The translations under genes were made by a program, and so were the position numbers. A DNA stretch of 59,451 bases from Eubacteriales bacterium (GTDB lineage Bacteria; Bacillota; Clostridia; Oscillospirales; CAG-272), in the NCBI GenBank assembly GCA_045588085.1, contig JAZNDN010000002.1, forward strand, positions 1 to 59,451, given 5' to 3'. Shown in pieces: positions 32,027 to 42,409 of the stretch (position 1 is the first letter of the stretch; each line of letters starts with the position of its first letter). The notes below the pieces were generated by a model. It searched no databases and had not been told where the DNA came from. It was given only the letters and a program-made list of their open reading frames with translations.

Positions 32027-32974
32027 ATGAGCTTTATCAAATCAGAATTCAGCTTCCCCTCCTCAGATGGAAAACACACGGTATTCGCAACGGTTTTTGA
32101 GCCTGACGGATGTGAAATCCGCGGAATAGTTCAGCTTTCACACGGAATGATTGACTACGTAGGAAGATACGAGGTGCTTGCCGACTATCTTTGCCGCGAG
32201 GGCTACGTTCTGGCAGGAAACGACCACCTAGGTCACGGAAGAAGTGCAAACGGCAAGCCAGAGGATTTTGGATTCTTCGCAGACCGCGGCGGTATTGATT
32301 TTCTGCTCTCCGACCTTAAGTCCGTGAACTCAACACTGAAGGAAAAATTCCCGAAAAAGCCCATAGTTATTATGGGACACAGCATGGGCTCATTCCTCTC
32401 AAGGCTTTATACCGAAAGATACCCCGAGACCGTATGCGGTCATATTATTCACGGAACCGGCGGTCCCATGGGTGCTATTTTGCCGCTTGGAAAGCTTGTA
32501 GTCAAGCTCAATTCCCTGCTTTTCGGCAACCGCCACCGCTCGAAATTCGTTGCTTCGCTCGCCTTCATGGGATACAACAAGAAATTCGACAAGAGCGAGG
32601 GCATTTTCGCCTGGCTTACCCGCGACGTTGAGCGTGTAAACGGCCGGCTTTCCGATGAATATACAAACTTTATTTTCACAGTTTCGGCTTATTACGACCT
32701 GTTCTGCATGGTTGGATTAAGCAACAGCGGAAGGTGGTTCAAGGAATATCCTACCGACATGAAAACGCTTATTCTGAGCGGAGATATGGACCCTGTCGGC
32801 AATTACGGCAAGGGACCCTCCTGCGTTTACAAGAAGCTTTTGGCTGCCGGATGCACGGAGATTAAGCTCAAGCTGTACGACGGTGCCAGACACGAGCTGT
32901 TCAACGAGACCTGCAAGGACGAGGTTTTTGCAGATATAAAAAGGTGGCTTGATAAGCTCACCGACAAAGAATAA
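32027..32974 (+). CDS. Alpha/beta hydrolase (lysophospholipase PldB-like)
   Basis: HGM, DHLGHGRS, GHSMGS nucleophile elbow, GDMDPV, ARHELFNE. Confidence 0.85.
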   Translation: MSFIKSEFSFPSSDGKHTVFATVFEPDGCEIRGIVQLSHGMIDYVGRYEVLADYLCREGYVLAGNDHLGHGRSANGKPEDFGFFADRGGIDFLLSDLKSVNSTLKEKFPKKPIVIMGHSMGSFLSRLYTERYPETVCGHIIHGTGGPMGAILPLGKLVVKLNSLLFGNRHRSKFVASLAFMGYNKKFDKSEGIFAWLTRDVERVNGRLSDEYTNFIFTVSAYYDLFCMVGLSNSGRWFKEYPTDMKTLILSGDMDPVGNYGKGPSCVYKKLLAAGCTEIKLKLYDGARHELFNETCKDEVFADIKRWLDKLTDKE

Positions 32975-32996
32975 ACAGGAACATATGCACTGATTT

Positions 32997-33947
32997 ATGA
33001 TAAAAGCTATTGCTATAACCGGGCCTACGGCATCCGGTAAGACTGCTCTTTCGTTGGCTCTTGCCGAGCGGCTCGGATGCGAAATAATATCCATGGACTC
33101 GATGCAAATATATCGCGGTATGGATATAGGCACTGCCAAGGCAACCGACGAGCAGCGAGCTGCGGTTGCGCATCACATGATAGATATTGCCGAGCCTGAC
33201 GAGAGCTTTTCGGCAAAGGACTATCGCGACATGGCTTTGGGTATTGCCGAAAGCATTGCAGGCAGAGGAAAAATCCCGCTTTTCGTCGGTGGAACCGGAC
33301 TTTATCTGTCCACGCTCATGCGTGCCGGTCAGGACTCCGTCCCCGAGGCAAGCCGTGAATACCGCGAGAGGCTACTTTCCGAAGCGACAGACGACGAGGG
33401 TCGGCTCAGGCTCTGGCGTCGGCTTGCGGAGGTTGATGCTCCGTCCGCTGTGGCAATTCATCCTAACAATCTGCGCCGCGTCATCCGCGCACTTGAGATA
33501 TACGAAAAAACGGGAATACCTAAAAGCCGTTTTGACGAGGAATCAAGGCGAGCTTTACCGCCGTTTGACCTCACTCACGTGACTATTGATTTTCACGACA
33601 GGGAGCTTCTGTACCGCGGAATTGACCAAAGAGTTGACGAAATGATAAAAGAGGGACTTGTCGAGGAGGCAATAGCACTTTACCGAAACGGCAGGCTTCC
33701 CCAAAATTCAACTGCATACCAGGCAATAGGCTACAAGGAAATACTTGAGCTTTATAAAACGGGGGCATCATCTCTTGAAGCCGCCGCAGACGCTATCAAG
33801 CAAGCGTCAAGAAATTACGCCAAGCGTCAGCTTACCTGGTTCAGAAACCAAAGCGGTGCGAAAACGCTTTTTGCGGACCGTGAGAACGGTGGCAGAAAGA
33901 GCTTTGCTGAGCTCTTTGCCGAGCTTTGCGAGCTGATTGCAGAGTAG
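32997..33947 (+). CDS. miaA: tRNA dimethylallyltransferase
   Basis: GPTASGKT, DSMQIYRGMDIGTAK, VGGTGLY, AIGYKE, YAKRQLTWF. Confidence 0.96.
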   Translation: MIKAIAITGPTASGKTALSLALAERLGCEIISMDSMQIYRGMDIGTAKATDEQRAAVAHHMIDIAEPDESFSAKDYRDMALGIAESIAGRGKIPLFVGGTGLYLSTLMRAGQDSVPEASREYRERLLSEATDDEGRLRLWRRLAEVDAPSAVAIHPNNLRRVIRALEIYEKTGIPKSRFDEESRRALPPFDLTHVTIDFHDRELLYRGIDQRVDEMIKEGLVEEAIALYRNGRLPQNSTAYQAIGYKEILELYKTGASSLEAAADAIKQASRNYAKRQLTWFRNQSGAKTLFADRENGGRKSFAELFAELCELIAE

Positions 33948-34043
33948 CAAAAAGCACTCAACCGCAAAATCCTGCACTTCACACTACACACATATCTACA
34001 CACTACTGATTTAACGATTTTTTCCGAAAGGAATTTATAAGCC

Positions 34044-35318
34044 ATGAATGCAAAGGAATTAAAAAAGCTTCTGTCAGATGGGGCTCTTGGAAAGTACACC
34101 GAGCTTTACACCGACATTGAGGCGCAAACCAAAAGATTTATTGATGCAATTGACAAATTTTCCGCACTTTACGGGGAAGGACGCGACATAGAAATATTCT
34201 CGGTGCCGGGCAGAACCGAGGTTTCGGGCAACCACACCGACCACAACCGCGGTTGCGTCATCGCAGGAGCAATAGACAGAGATATTATTGCTGTTGCCTC
34301 TAAAAATGAAGACGGAAAAATCAGATTCATGTCAGAGGGATTCGGTGAGGTAATTTGCGACCTTTCCGAAATAGACGACCCGAATAATTTTGAAAACTAC
34401 ACGTCTGAGGCTTTGGTTGCAGGCCTTTGCCGAGGATTCCAGATAAACGGATATTCGATAGGCGGATACGACGCCTATTCAACGACCGAGGTGTTTAAGG
34501 GAAGCGGCATATCATCCTCCGCGGCGTTTGAGGTTATGATAGGAAACATTCTCAACTATACATACTGCGACGGCAAGGTGGAGAATTCCGAGATAGCAAA
34601 GCTTGCTCAGTATGCAGAAAACGTATTTTTCGGCAAGCCTTGCGGACTTATGGACCAGATGGCGTGCGCTGTCGGAGGTTTCGTTTTTATAGATTTTGAG
34701 GACAACAAGAATCCAATAGTAGAGCCTATTGAGTTCTCGCTTACCGAAAGAGGCTATTCGCTCTGCATAGTCAACACGGGAGGCAACCACGCTGACCTTA
34801 ACGATGATTACGCATCGGTGCCTGCCGAAATGAAGGCGGTTGCCGCAGCACTCGGACGCGACGTTCTGCGCGGTACTACTGAGGCGGAGCTCATAACAAA
34901 AATCCCCGCTCTTCGCGAAACCGTCGGTGACCGTGCTATACTTCGCGCTCTGCATTTCATAAGAGAGAACGCGCGAGTTGGTGAGATACGCGACGAGCTT
35001 AAGAACAAAAACCTTGAGGGCTTCCTTTCGGGAATTATGGAATCGGGTAAATCCTCGTTCCAATATCTGCAAAACGTATTCACTACCATAAACGTCAAGG
35101 AGCAGGGACTTTCATTGGCGCTTGCACTTACCGACGGATATCTTAAGGAGCGCGACTGCGCGTACAGAGTTCACGGTGGCGGCTTTGCCGGTACTATTCA
35201 GGTATTTATCAAGAACGAGTATCTTGACGGATACTGCGCTCTTATGGACTCGGTATTCGGCAACGGCTCGGCTATGAAGCTCAGAATACGCCCTGCCGGT
35301 GCTTGTAAGCTGTTTTAA
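34044..35318 (+). CDS. galK: Galactokinase (GHMP kinase)
   Basis: PGRTEVSGNHTDHN, GSGISSSAA, PCGLMDQ, RVHGGGFAG. Confidence 0.88.
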   Translation: MNAKELKKLLSDGALGKYTELYTDIEAQTKRFIDAIDKFSALYGEGRDIEIFSVPGRTEVSGNHTDHNRGCVIAGAIDRDIIAVASKNEDGKIRFMSEGFGEVICDLSEIDDPNNFENYTSEALVAGLCRGFQINGYSIGGYDAYSTTEVFKGSGISSSAAFEVMIGNILNYTYCDGKVENSEIAKLAQYAENVFFGKPCGLMDQMACAVGGFVFIDFEDNKNPIVEPIEFSLTERGYSLCIVNTGGNHADLNDDYASVPAEMKAVAAALGRDVLRGTTEAELITKIPALRETVGDRAILRALHFIRENARVGEIRDELKNKNLEGFLSGIMESGKSSFQYLQNVFTTINVKEQGLSLALALTDGYLKERDCAYRVHGGGFAGTIQVFIKNEYLDGYCALMDSVFGNGSAMKLRIRPAGACKLF

Positions 35319-35401
35319 TTGTACGGTTTATAGTACATCTTGTTTGGTAAAATGATATTGCGAAAGCAAAGACGATAAAAATTGAAAGGTCAGGAAAAAA
35401 T

Positions 35402-36493
35402 ATGGCAGCAAAAAAAACAGCAGCTCAGGAGAAGGCTCCTGCAAATGATAAAAAGGCCGCGCTTGAGGGCGTTATGGCGAGAATTGAGCGTGAATGCGGA
35501 AAGGGCTCGATAATGAAGCTCGGAGAAAACCCACAGCTCAACGTTTCAGCGGTTTCCACAGGCTCCCTCTCGCTTGATTTCGCGCTCGGAATAGGCGGAG
35601 TTCCCAGAGGAAGAATCACCGAGATATACGGTCCTGAGTCCTCCGGTAAAACCACCATTGCTCTTCACGTAATTGCAGAGGTTCAGAAACAGGGCGGATA
35701 TGCGGCATTTATAGACGCAGAGCACGCACTCGACCCTGTTTACGCGAAGAAGCTCGGTGTTGATATTAACAACCTTCTCGTATCCCAACCCGACTGCGGA
35801 GAGCAGGCTCTTGAAATTGCCGAAACTCTGGTTAATTCCGGAGCGGTTGACATTATAGTTATCGACTCGGTTGCGGCTCTCGTTCCCAGACAGGAAATAG
35901 AGGGTGACATGGGCGCTTCCCACGTTGGCGTTCAGGCAAGACTTATGTCACAGGCCATGAGAAAGCTTTCCGGAAGCATTGCAAAGTCGAACTGCATAGT
36001 TATTTTCACCAACCAGCTTCGTGAAAAGGTGGGTGTTATGTACGGTAATCCCGAGGTTACCACAGGAGGCCGTGCGCTTAAATTCTACGCTTCGGTAAGA
36101 ATTGACGTCCGTCGCGGAGAAGCTCTTAAGAACGGTGCTGACGTTTACGGCTCCCACACCAAGTGCAAGGTCGTTAAAAACAAGGTTGCGCCCCCCTTCA
36201 AGAGTGCTGAATTTGACATTCTTTACGGCTCCGGTATTTCCAAGTCAACCGAGATTATAGATATGGCAATTCTGTTCGGAATTATTGAAAAGAGCGGTGC
36301 ATGGTTCTACTACGACGGTGAAAGACTCGGTCAGGGTAAGGAAAACGTAAGAAAGATTATCGAGGGCGACAGCGAGCTTATGGATAAGCTTGAGGTTCTC
36401 GTTCGCGAGCGCGCTCAGAGCACTGAATTTGCAGATGAGGCCCCCGCAGACGATGATGATTTCGATATAAAGGATTTTGACGAAGAGGTATAA
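35402..36493 (+). CDS. recA: Recombinase RecA
   Basis: [42 protein letters not shown]. Confidence 0.99.
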   Translation: MAAKKTAAQEKAPANDKKAALEGVMARIERECGKGSIMKLGENPQLNVSAVSTGSLSLDFALGIGGVPRGRITEIYGPESSGKTTIALHVIAEVQKQGGYAAFIDAEHALDPVYAKKLGVDINNLLVSQPDCGEQALEIAETLVNSGAVDIIVIDSVAALVPRQEIEGDMGASHVGVQARLMSQAMRKLSGSIAKSNCIVIFTNQLREKVGVMYGNPEVTTGGRALKFYASVRIDVRRGEALKNGADVYGSHTKCKVVKNKVAPPFKSAEFDILYGSGISKSTEIIDMAILFGIIEKSGAWFYYDGERLGQGKENVRKIIEGDSELMDKLEVLVRERAQSTEFADEAPADDDDFDIKDFDEEV

Positions 36494-36498
36494 CTCTA

Positions 36499-37095
36499 TT
36501 GTACGCTACCGTTATCAGTGTCAAATCGGCAGACAAAAAGCACACGCTTGTCAAACTTGAGCTTTTGGTTGACGGCGAGAAAGTGGCTTATACTGTCAGT
36601 GAGGGGACGTACCGAGAAATCGGCTGTCCCCTTTCGACCGAGGAAATATCTTACGACGCGCTGCAAGCAATTCTTCGCGAGGACGGTCATCGACAAGCTT
36701 TGAAGAAGGCACTCCGCGTGCTCGCTTTTGCCGACAACAACACGGCGTCTTTGCGCAGAAAGCTTTTCGCGGCGGGATTTACCGCCGAGCAGACCGATTT
36801 TGCGGTACAAGAGTGTCTTAACCTCGGATATATAGACGAAAATGAGCAGCTAAGACGTATTATTACACGTCTTGCAGAGCGTGAGCTCATGGGTCCTCAC
36901 AGAATATATAAAAAGCTCGTTCATTCTGGTTACCGCGGTGCAGACGTTAAGGCTGTATCCGATGAGCTTGTCCGCGAGGGCATTATAAACTATGCCGACG
37001 GGCGCAGGCGCTTAATCCAAAAGCACGCCCCGAAAACACCACTTGATAAAAAGAAACTCTTGTACAGATACGGATACGAAAATGAAAATGATTAA
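36499..37095 (+). CDS. recX: RecX-like regulator
   Basis: Directly after recA; LRRKL..GF, LGYIDE, GPHRI..KL...G, LYRYGY repeats. Confidence 0.75.
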   Translation: MYATVISVKSADKKHTLVKLELLVDGEKVAYTVSEGTYREIGCPLSTEEISYDALQAILREDGHRQALKKALRVLAFADNNTASLRRKLFAAGFTAEQTDFAVQECLNLGYIDENEQLRRIITRLAERELMGPHRIYKKLVHSGYRGADVKAVSDELVREGIINYADGRRRLIQKHAPKTPLDKKKLLYRYGYENEND

Positions 37096-38827
37096 ACGCT
37101 TTCTCGGATATTACAAGCCCCATATTAAAATATTAACGCTCGACCTGCTTGCAGCAGTAATTATTGCAATATGCAATCTTTTCTACCCTACGGTCGTTCA
37201 GGAAATCATAAACGTTTACGTTCCCGATAAGCTCTTTGGCAGCCTTATCGCTGCCTCTGCGATACTGCTCGCGGTTTACGGTATCAAGGCGTTCTGCACT
37301 CATTTTATGAGCTATCGCGGACACGTTATGGGTATCAGAATGCAGCAGGACATGCGGCGTGACCTCTTTTCCAAATATCAGAAGCTTCCCACCTCGTACT
37401 TTGACGACCACAAGACAGGTGATTTGCTCTCAAGGCTTGTTAACGATTTGTTTGAGGTTTCGGAGCTCGCTCACCACGGCCCCGAAAATCTTTTGCTTGC
37501 CGTTCTTATGCTCGTGGGCTCATTCGTTATGCTATCAAGAATAGACTTAACGCTGACTTTAATTCTTTTTGCCACGATGCCCTTTGTAGTTTTCTTCTCC
37601 ATTCTTTCAAGACGAGGAATGAGGCGAGCTATGAAGGAAAGCCGCAAGCAGACCTCCGTTATAAATTCAACGCTTGAAAACTCAATCGGAGGCGTAAGAG
37701 AAACAAAATCATACGCTGCCGAGCATTACGAGATGGAAAAGTTCTCGGCGGACAATTCCCTTTTCGCCAAAATCCGCGGAAAAGCTATGTTCTCAATGGC
37801 TAATTTTGAGATGACTATGGCGCTCGTTTCCGACCTTTTGCATCTGCTTATCATATTCGTCGGAGGAATGTTCTTCTTCGATGGCAGAATTGATGCCGGA
37901 CAGTTTACCGCTTTCGTGCTTTACGTCAGTATGTTCCTCACTCCGATTCAGAAATTCGTCAATCTTTTCCAGCAGCTTGAGGAGGGTATGACCGGCTTCT
38001 CACGGTTCTGCGATATAATCGACGAGCCGGAAGAGGTTGACACGGGTACCGTCGTTCTTGACGGTGTTAAGGGCGATATATGCTTCCGCGACGTTACGTT
38101 TGCATACACGGTAAACGAAGAGGACGGCACTCCGAGAAACGTTTTAACAAATCTCTCCCTTGACGTAGAGTCCGGAAAAACGCTCGCTCTGGTAGGTCCC
38201 TCGGGCGGTGGTAAGAGCACGCTTTGCCATCTGATTCCGCGCTTCTACGAGATAAGCGGAGGCTCTATAACGCTTGACGGAATTGACATACGGGATATTA
38301 AGCTTGAAAGTCTGAGAAAGAACATAGGTATCGTTTCCCAAAACGTTTTCCTCTTTGACGGAAGCGTGAGGGACAATATAGCATACGGAGCTCCCGATGC
38401 AACCGACGAACAGATAATTCTCGCAGCAAAAAGAGCAAACATTCACTCCTACATAGAATCTCTAGAGCTTGGCTATGACACTCAGGTAGGCGAGCGCGGT
38501 GTCAAGCTTTCGGGCGGGCAACGTCAGAGAATTGCAATCGCCAGAGTATTCCTCAAAAACCCCTCGCTCCTCATTCTTGACGAGGCAACCTCAGCCCTTG
38601 ACAATGCTACCGAAATGCAGGTTCAATCGGCACTTGAGGAGCTTTCGGTCGGAAGAACGGTTATAGTCGTTGCTCACAGACTTTCCACCGTCAAGGGTGC
38701 CGATACGATAGTCGTTATCGACCAGGACGGAATTGCCGAGAAGGGCACTCACGAGGAGCTGCTTGCTCTGGACGGTGAGTATAAAAAGCTCTATTCCTAT
38801 CAATTCAAGAGCCTTACTGAAGGCTGA
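37082..38827 (+). CDS. ABC exporter (fused TMD-NBD)
   Basis: TM domain plus GPSGGGKST, LSGGQRQR, LILDEATS, AHRLST. Confidence 0.93.
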   Translation: MKMIKRFLGYYKPHIKILTLDLLAAVIIAICNLFYPTVVQEIINVYVPDKLFGSLIAASAILLAVYGIKAFCTHFMSYRGHVMGIRMQQDMRRDLFSKYQKLPTSYFDDHKTGDLLSRLVNDLFEVSELAHHGPENLLLAVLMLVGSFVMLSRIDLTLTLILFATMPFVVFFSILSRRGMRRAMKESRKQTSVINSTLENSIGGVRETKSYAAEHYEMEKFSADNSLFAKIRGKAMFSMANFEMTMALVSDLLHLLIIFVGGMFFFDGRIDAGQFTAFVLYVSMFLTPIQKFVNLFQQLEEGMTGFSRFCDIIDEPEEVDTGTVVLDGVKGDICFRDVTFAYTVNEEDGTPRNVLTNLSLDVESGKTLALVGPSGGGKSTLCHLIPRFYEISGGSITLDGIDIRDIKLESLRKNIGIVSQNVFLFDGSVRDNIAYGAPDATDEQIILAAKRANIHSYIESLELGYDTQVGERGVKLSGGQRQRIAIARVFLKNPSLLILDEATSALDNATEMQVQSALEELSVGRTVIVVAHRLSTVKGADTIVVIDQDGIAEKGTHEELLALDGEYKKLYSYQFKSLTEG

Positions 38828-38838
38828 GAGGCGCTTTT

Positions 38839-39636
38839 ATGGAAACTATGAATAACCCAAAAATCGCTCTGCGCGACGGTCTGCCGATAGGACTTGGATA
38901 TTTTGCTGTATCCTTTGCTTTTGGAATTATGGCTGCCGGCTCGGGGCTTTCGATACTTGAAGCGCTGTTTATTTCAATGCTTAACATGACCTCTGCGGGT
39001 CAACTTGCTGCGCTTCCGATAATTGCGGGCGGTGGCAGTCTTCTTGAGCTTGCACTCACGCAGCTCGTCATAAATTCGCGTTATTCCTTAATGTCGGTAT
39101 CGCTGTCTCAGTCGCTTGACGGCAAAATCAAGCTGCGCGACAGATTTCTCATTGCAATGAACCTCACCGACGAAATGTTTGCGGTTGCTATCGGAAAGAG
39201 TATCCCGGTTGGAAGACGGTATCTTTTCACCCTGCTTATTCTTCCATACCTTGGTTGGTCGCTCGGAACTCTTCTTGGTGCTATCGCCGGCAACATTCTG
39301 CCCAGTATTATAGTCAGTGCGCTCGGTGTTGCTATGTACGCTATGTTTATAGCGATAGTCACCCCCGCTGCAAGAGATTCGGGACGCATCGCGCTTCTCG
39401 TGCTGGCAAGCATTGCACTCTCTGCGCTCTTCTATTACCTGCCGTATCTATCGGCAATCCCCTCGGGCTTCGTTATCGTCATATGCGCTGTTGTTTGCAG
39501 CGTCGCCTTTGCTATTTTTGCCCCTATTGATGACGATAAATCCGACACGCCCTCCTCCGATTCCGATATTGCCGGCAAAAACCACGACTCCGAGCACGTG
39601 CTCTTGTCTGGGAATACAGGAGGTGCTGAGGTATGA
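38839..39636 (+). CDS. azlC: AzlC family permease
   Basis: GLPIGLGY, SAGQ, INSRYSLMS, LTDEMFA, W..GT..G. Confidence 0.9.
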   Translation: METMNNPKIALRDGLPIGLGYFAVSFAFGIMAAGSGLSILEALFISMLNMTSAGQLAALPIIAGGGSLLELALTQLVINSRYSLMSVSLSQSLDGKIKLRDRFLIAMNLTDEMFAVAIGKSIPVGRRYLFTLLILPYLGWSLGTLLGAIAGNILPSIIVSALGVAMYAMFIAIVTPAARDSGRIALLVLASIALSALFYYLPYLSAIPSGFVIVICAVVCSVAFAIFAPIDDDKSDTPSSDSDIAGKNHDSEHVLLSGNTGGAEV

Positions 39637-39944
39637 CGTTCGTAATCTATCTTGCCGTCATGGCAGGCGTTACCTATCTTTTAAGGCTCCTGCCCATGCT
39701 TCTTATCCGCAAAAAAATAGAGAACCGATTTGTTCGCTCGTTCCTCTATTATATTCCTTATTCAGTGCTCGCTGTTATGGCTGTCCCCGCAATCTTCCAC
39801 GCCACCTCTTACGTCATATCGGGTGTCGTTGCCTTTGCGGTTGCCGTAATCCTCGCCTATTTCAGACGCGGACTCATTACCGTTGCAACGGGTTCGGCGC
39901 TCTCGGTGCTGATTATGGAGTTAATCCTTCCTTTAATTATATAA
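39633..39944 (+). CDS. azlD: AzlD family protein
   Basis: MAGVTYLLRLLP...FLYYIPYSVL; ATGA overlap with azlC. Confidence 0.88.
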   Translation: MTFVIYLAVMAGVTYLLRLLPMLLIRKKIENRFVRSFLYYIPYSVLAVMAVPAIFHATSYVISGVVAFAVAVILAYFRRGLITVATGSALSVLIMELILPLII

Positions 39945-39984
39945 AATAAGAAGCGCATCGTGATTTCGATGCGCTTCTTATTTT
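39944..39984. terminator. Bidirectional terminator
   Basis: AAAATAAGAAGCGCATCG...CGATGCGCTTCTTATTTT. Confidence 0.85.
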
Positions 39985-40050
39985 ATATTACGCACTGGCA
40001 TGAAAATCCACGCCCGTACCTTTATTTGATGTTATGCCTTCCCTCTAAAA

Positions 40051-42156
40051 TCAAATTCCGAAGGTCATATCTCCGTATGTCGGCACCGGCCAATAATCGC
40101 GAGCTGTGATTACCTCCATACCGTCAACCGCGGCACGAAGCTCGTCCATAGCTGCGATTACCTTATCCTTATAGAAGAATGCAGCATCCTCAGTGCTTGA
40201 AATTTCTGTGGCCTGTGTTTCGAGTATATTCAGCGTGTCATAAGCCGCGTAGGTCTTATCAAGAAGCTCTGCAAGCTTCTTTACATGCTGTGACTGCTCC
40301 TTGAGTGCGACAGCAGGAGCCGCCTTGGAAATGCTGTTTATTTTCTCGCACAAATCACCAAGATAAGCGTTTGCGGCAGGGATATAATCGCGCATTGCCA
40401 TCTCAAGCATGGTTCTTGCTTCTATGTGCTTTATTTTGCGGTAGTTTGCAAAGAACACCTCGCGGCGAGACTTGAGCTCAACGAGGCTCATTACGCCAAA
40501 TCTCTCAAACAGCTTGACGTTTTTCTCATCGTCAATATGCGCATATGCCTCGGGGGCAGTCTTATAATTGCAAAGTCCGCGAGCTGCTGCCTCACGCTCC
40601 CACTCAGCAGAATAGGAGTTTCCGGAGAAGAGTATTCTCTTATGCTCGGTAAGGGTTTTCTGAATTATAGCGTCAAGCGTTTCTTCAAATTTATCGGCTC
40701 CTACTGCCTCAAGCTCATCGGCAAAATCCGCAAAGGAATTTGCAACTGCGGTATTAAGAACAATATTCGCAAGAGCGATATTCTGAGACGAGCCTACCAT
40801 TCTGAACTCGAATTTATTACCTGTAAAGGCAAAGGGCGAGGTTCTGTTTCTATCGGTGTTATCCTTATGTATCGCAGGAACGGAGCTTACGCCCAAAGAC
40901 ATATATTTTCTCGAATGGCGCTCCCATTTCTGACCGGAAATGATTGCGTCCACGAGCATATCAAGCTCTTCGCCGAGGAATATGGATACTATCGCAGGGG
41001 GTGCCTCATGGCCTCCGAGACGGCAATCGTTACCTGCGGTTGCAGCAGATATACGGAGCAAGTCCTGATATTCGTCAACCGCCTTTACAACAGCAGCCAG
41101 AACGAGCAAAAAGCGCTTATTCTTCTCGGGCTGCTTTCCGGGCTTGAGAAGATTTACACCGGTGTCGGTGCCGACAGACCAGTTGTTGTGCTTACCCGAG
41201 CCGTTGATTCCCGCAAAAGGCTTTTCGGAAAGCAAGCATGCCATACCGTGCTTGGATGCGAGCTTTTTCATGCACTCCATAGTAAGCAGGTTATGGTCAA
41301 CCGCTATATTGGTGGTGTCGAACACGGGTGCCAGCTCGTGCTGAGCGGGCGCGGTTTCGTTATGCTTGGTTTTTGCCGATATACCAAGTCTCCAAAGCTC
41401 CATATCGAGCTCGCGCATATAATCGCCAACCTTAGTGGGCAGACTTCCGAAATAATGGTCGTCAAGGTCCTGACCCTTTACGGCAGGTGCGCCGAAAAGA
41501 GTTCTTCCGCAATAAAATAGGTCACGGCGTGCGTAGAAATCGTCCTCTTTTATGAGAAAATATTCCTGCTCTGCACCGACGGTGGTGGTTACCCGTCTTG
41601 TATCGTTATCTCCAAAGAGGCGAACTATACGCAATCCCTCGCGGCTTATGGCGTCCATAGAACGAAGAAGCGGTGTTTTGGTATCAAGCGCTTCACCCGT
41701 ATAGGAGCAGAAAGCGGTAGGAATATAAAGAGAGCTGTCCTTTATGAATGCGAAGGATGCGGGGTCCCATGCGGTGTATCCTCTTGCCTCAAAGGTAGCT
41801 CTGAGACCTCCGGAGGGGAACGACGATGCATCGGGCTCTCCCTTGATAAGCTCCTTGCCGGAAAATTCCATTATAGCCTTTCCGTCACTTGTAGGCGTAA
41901 GGAACGCGTCGTGCTTTTCCGCAGTTACTCCGTTAAGAGGCTGGAACCAATGCGTGAAATGAGTTGCACCTCTTTCTATTGCCCAGTCCTTCATGGCTGC
42001 GGCAACGACATCGGCAATACCGGCATCTATCTCCTTGCCGGCTTCTATGGTATTCATAAGAGAGGAAAATACGTCATCCGGAAGCCTTTGGCGCATAACC
42101 TCGACGTTGAATACCTCCGAGGCAAATATATGCGGTATCATAACAGCCTTTTCCAT
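40051..42156 (-). CDS. glnA: Glutamine synthetase type III
   Basis: HFTHWFQPL, EPDASSFPSGGLRATFEARGYTAWD, NGSGKHNNWS, TDRNRTSPFAFTGNKFEFR; 701 aa. Confidence 0.95.
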   Translation of the reverse strand: MEKAVMIPHIFASEVFNVEVMRQRLPDDVFSSLMNTIEAGKEIDAGIADVVAAAMKDWAIERGATHFTHWFQPLNGVTAEKHDAFLTPTSDGKAIMEFSGKELIKGEPDASSFPSGGLRATFEARGYTAWDPASFAFIKDSSLYIPTAFCSYTGEALDTKTPLLRSMDAISREGLRIVRLFGDNDTRRVTTTVGAEQEYFLIKEDDFYARRDLFYCGRTLFGAPAVKGQDLDDHYFGSLPTKVGDYMRELDMELWRLGISAKTKHNETAPAQHELAPVFDTTNIAVDHNLLTMECMKKLASKHGMACLLSEKPFAGINGSGKHNNWSVGTDTGVNLLKPGKQPEKNKRFLLVLAAVVKAVDEYQDLLRISAATAGNDCRLGGHEAPPAIVSIFLGEELDMLVDAIISGQKWERHSRKYMSLGVSSVPAIHKDNTDRNRTSPFAFTGNKFEFRMVGSSQNIALANIVLNTAVANSFADFADELEAVGADKFEETLDAIIQKTLTEHKRILFSGNSYSAEWEREAAARGLCNYKTAPEAYAHIDDEKNVKLFERFGVMSLVELKSRREVFFANYRKIKHIEARTMLEMAMRDYIPAANAYLGDLCEKINSISKAAPAVALKEQSQHVKKLAELLDKTYAAYDTLNILETQATEISSTEDAAFFYKDKVIAAMDELRAAVDGMEVITARDYWPVPTYGDMTFGI

Positions 42157-42223
42157 TTTACTACCCCTTTACACTTTATGGCGAAATTCGGACACTACTC
42201 CATAATAATATTATTATTTTATA

Positions 42224-42252
42224 ATTATACAGCAATTCTTGACGATTGTCAA
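42224..42252 (-). promoter_or_regulatory. Sigma-A promoter for the glutamine synthetase gene
   Basis: Minus strand TTGACA-17 nt-TATAAT. Confidence 0.75.
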
Positions 42253-42322
42253 GGCTTGCCACCGCTTTTTTAGTACGCAACAGCTGATAGTTTTCCCGTT
42301 TTTTCCAAATTAAATATTTGGC

Positions 42323-42351
42323 TTGACATACGGCGGCGGTTATTGTATAAT
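42323..42351 (+). promoter_or_regulatory. Sigma-A promoter for the exonuclease gene
   Basis: TTGACA-17 nt-TATAAT. Confidence 0.75.
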
Positions 42352-42409
42352 ACCTCTTGGTGATTTTTATCTCAGCCGGCATTTCGGCCGAATTAGAAGA
42401 GGATTTTAA

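Noticed and set aside
35319-35401. LexA box upstream of recA
   Set aside because: No GAAC-N4-GTTC match seen.
40426-41520. 364-aa + strand ORF (and similar long ORFs at 42176-43144, 45546-46565, 13301-14176)
   Set aside because: Antisense to better-supported genes.
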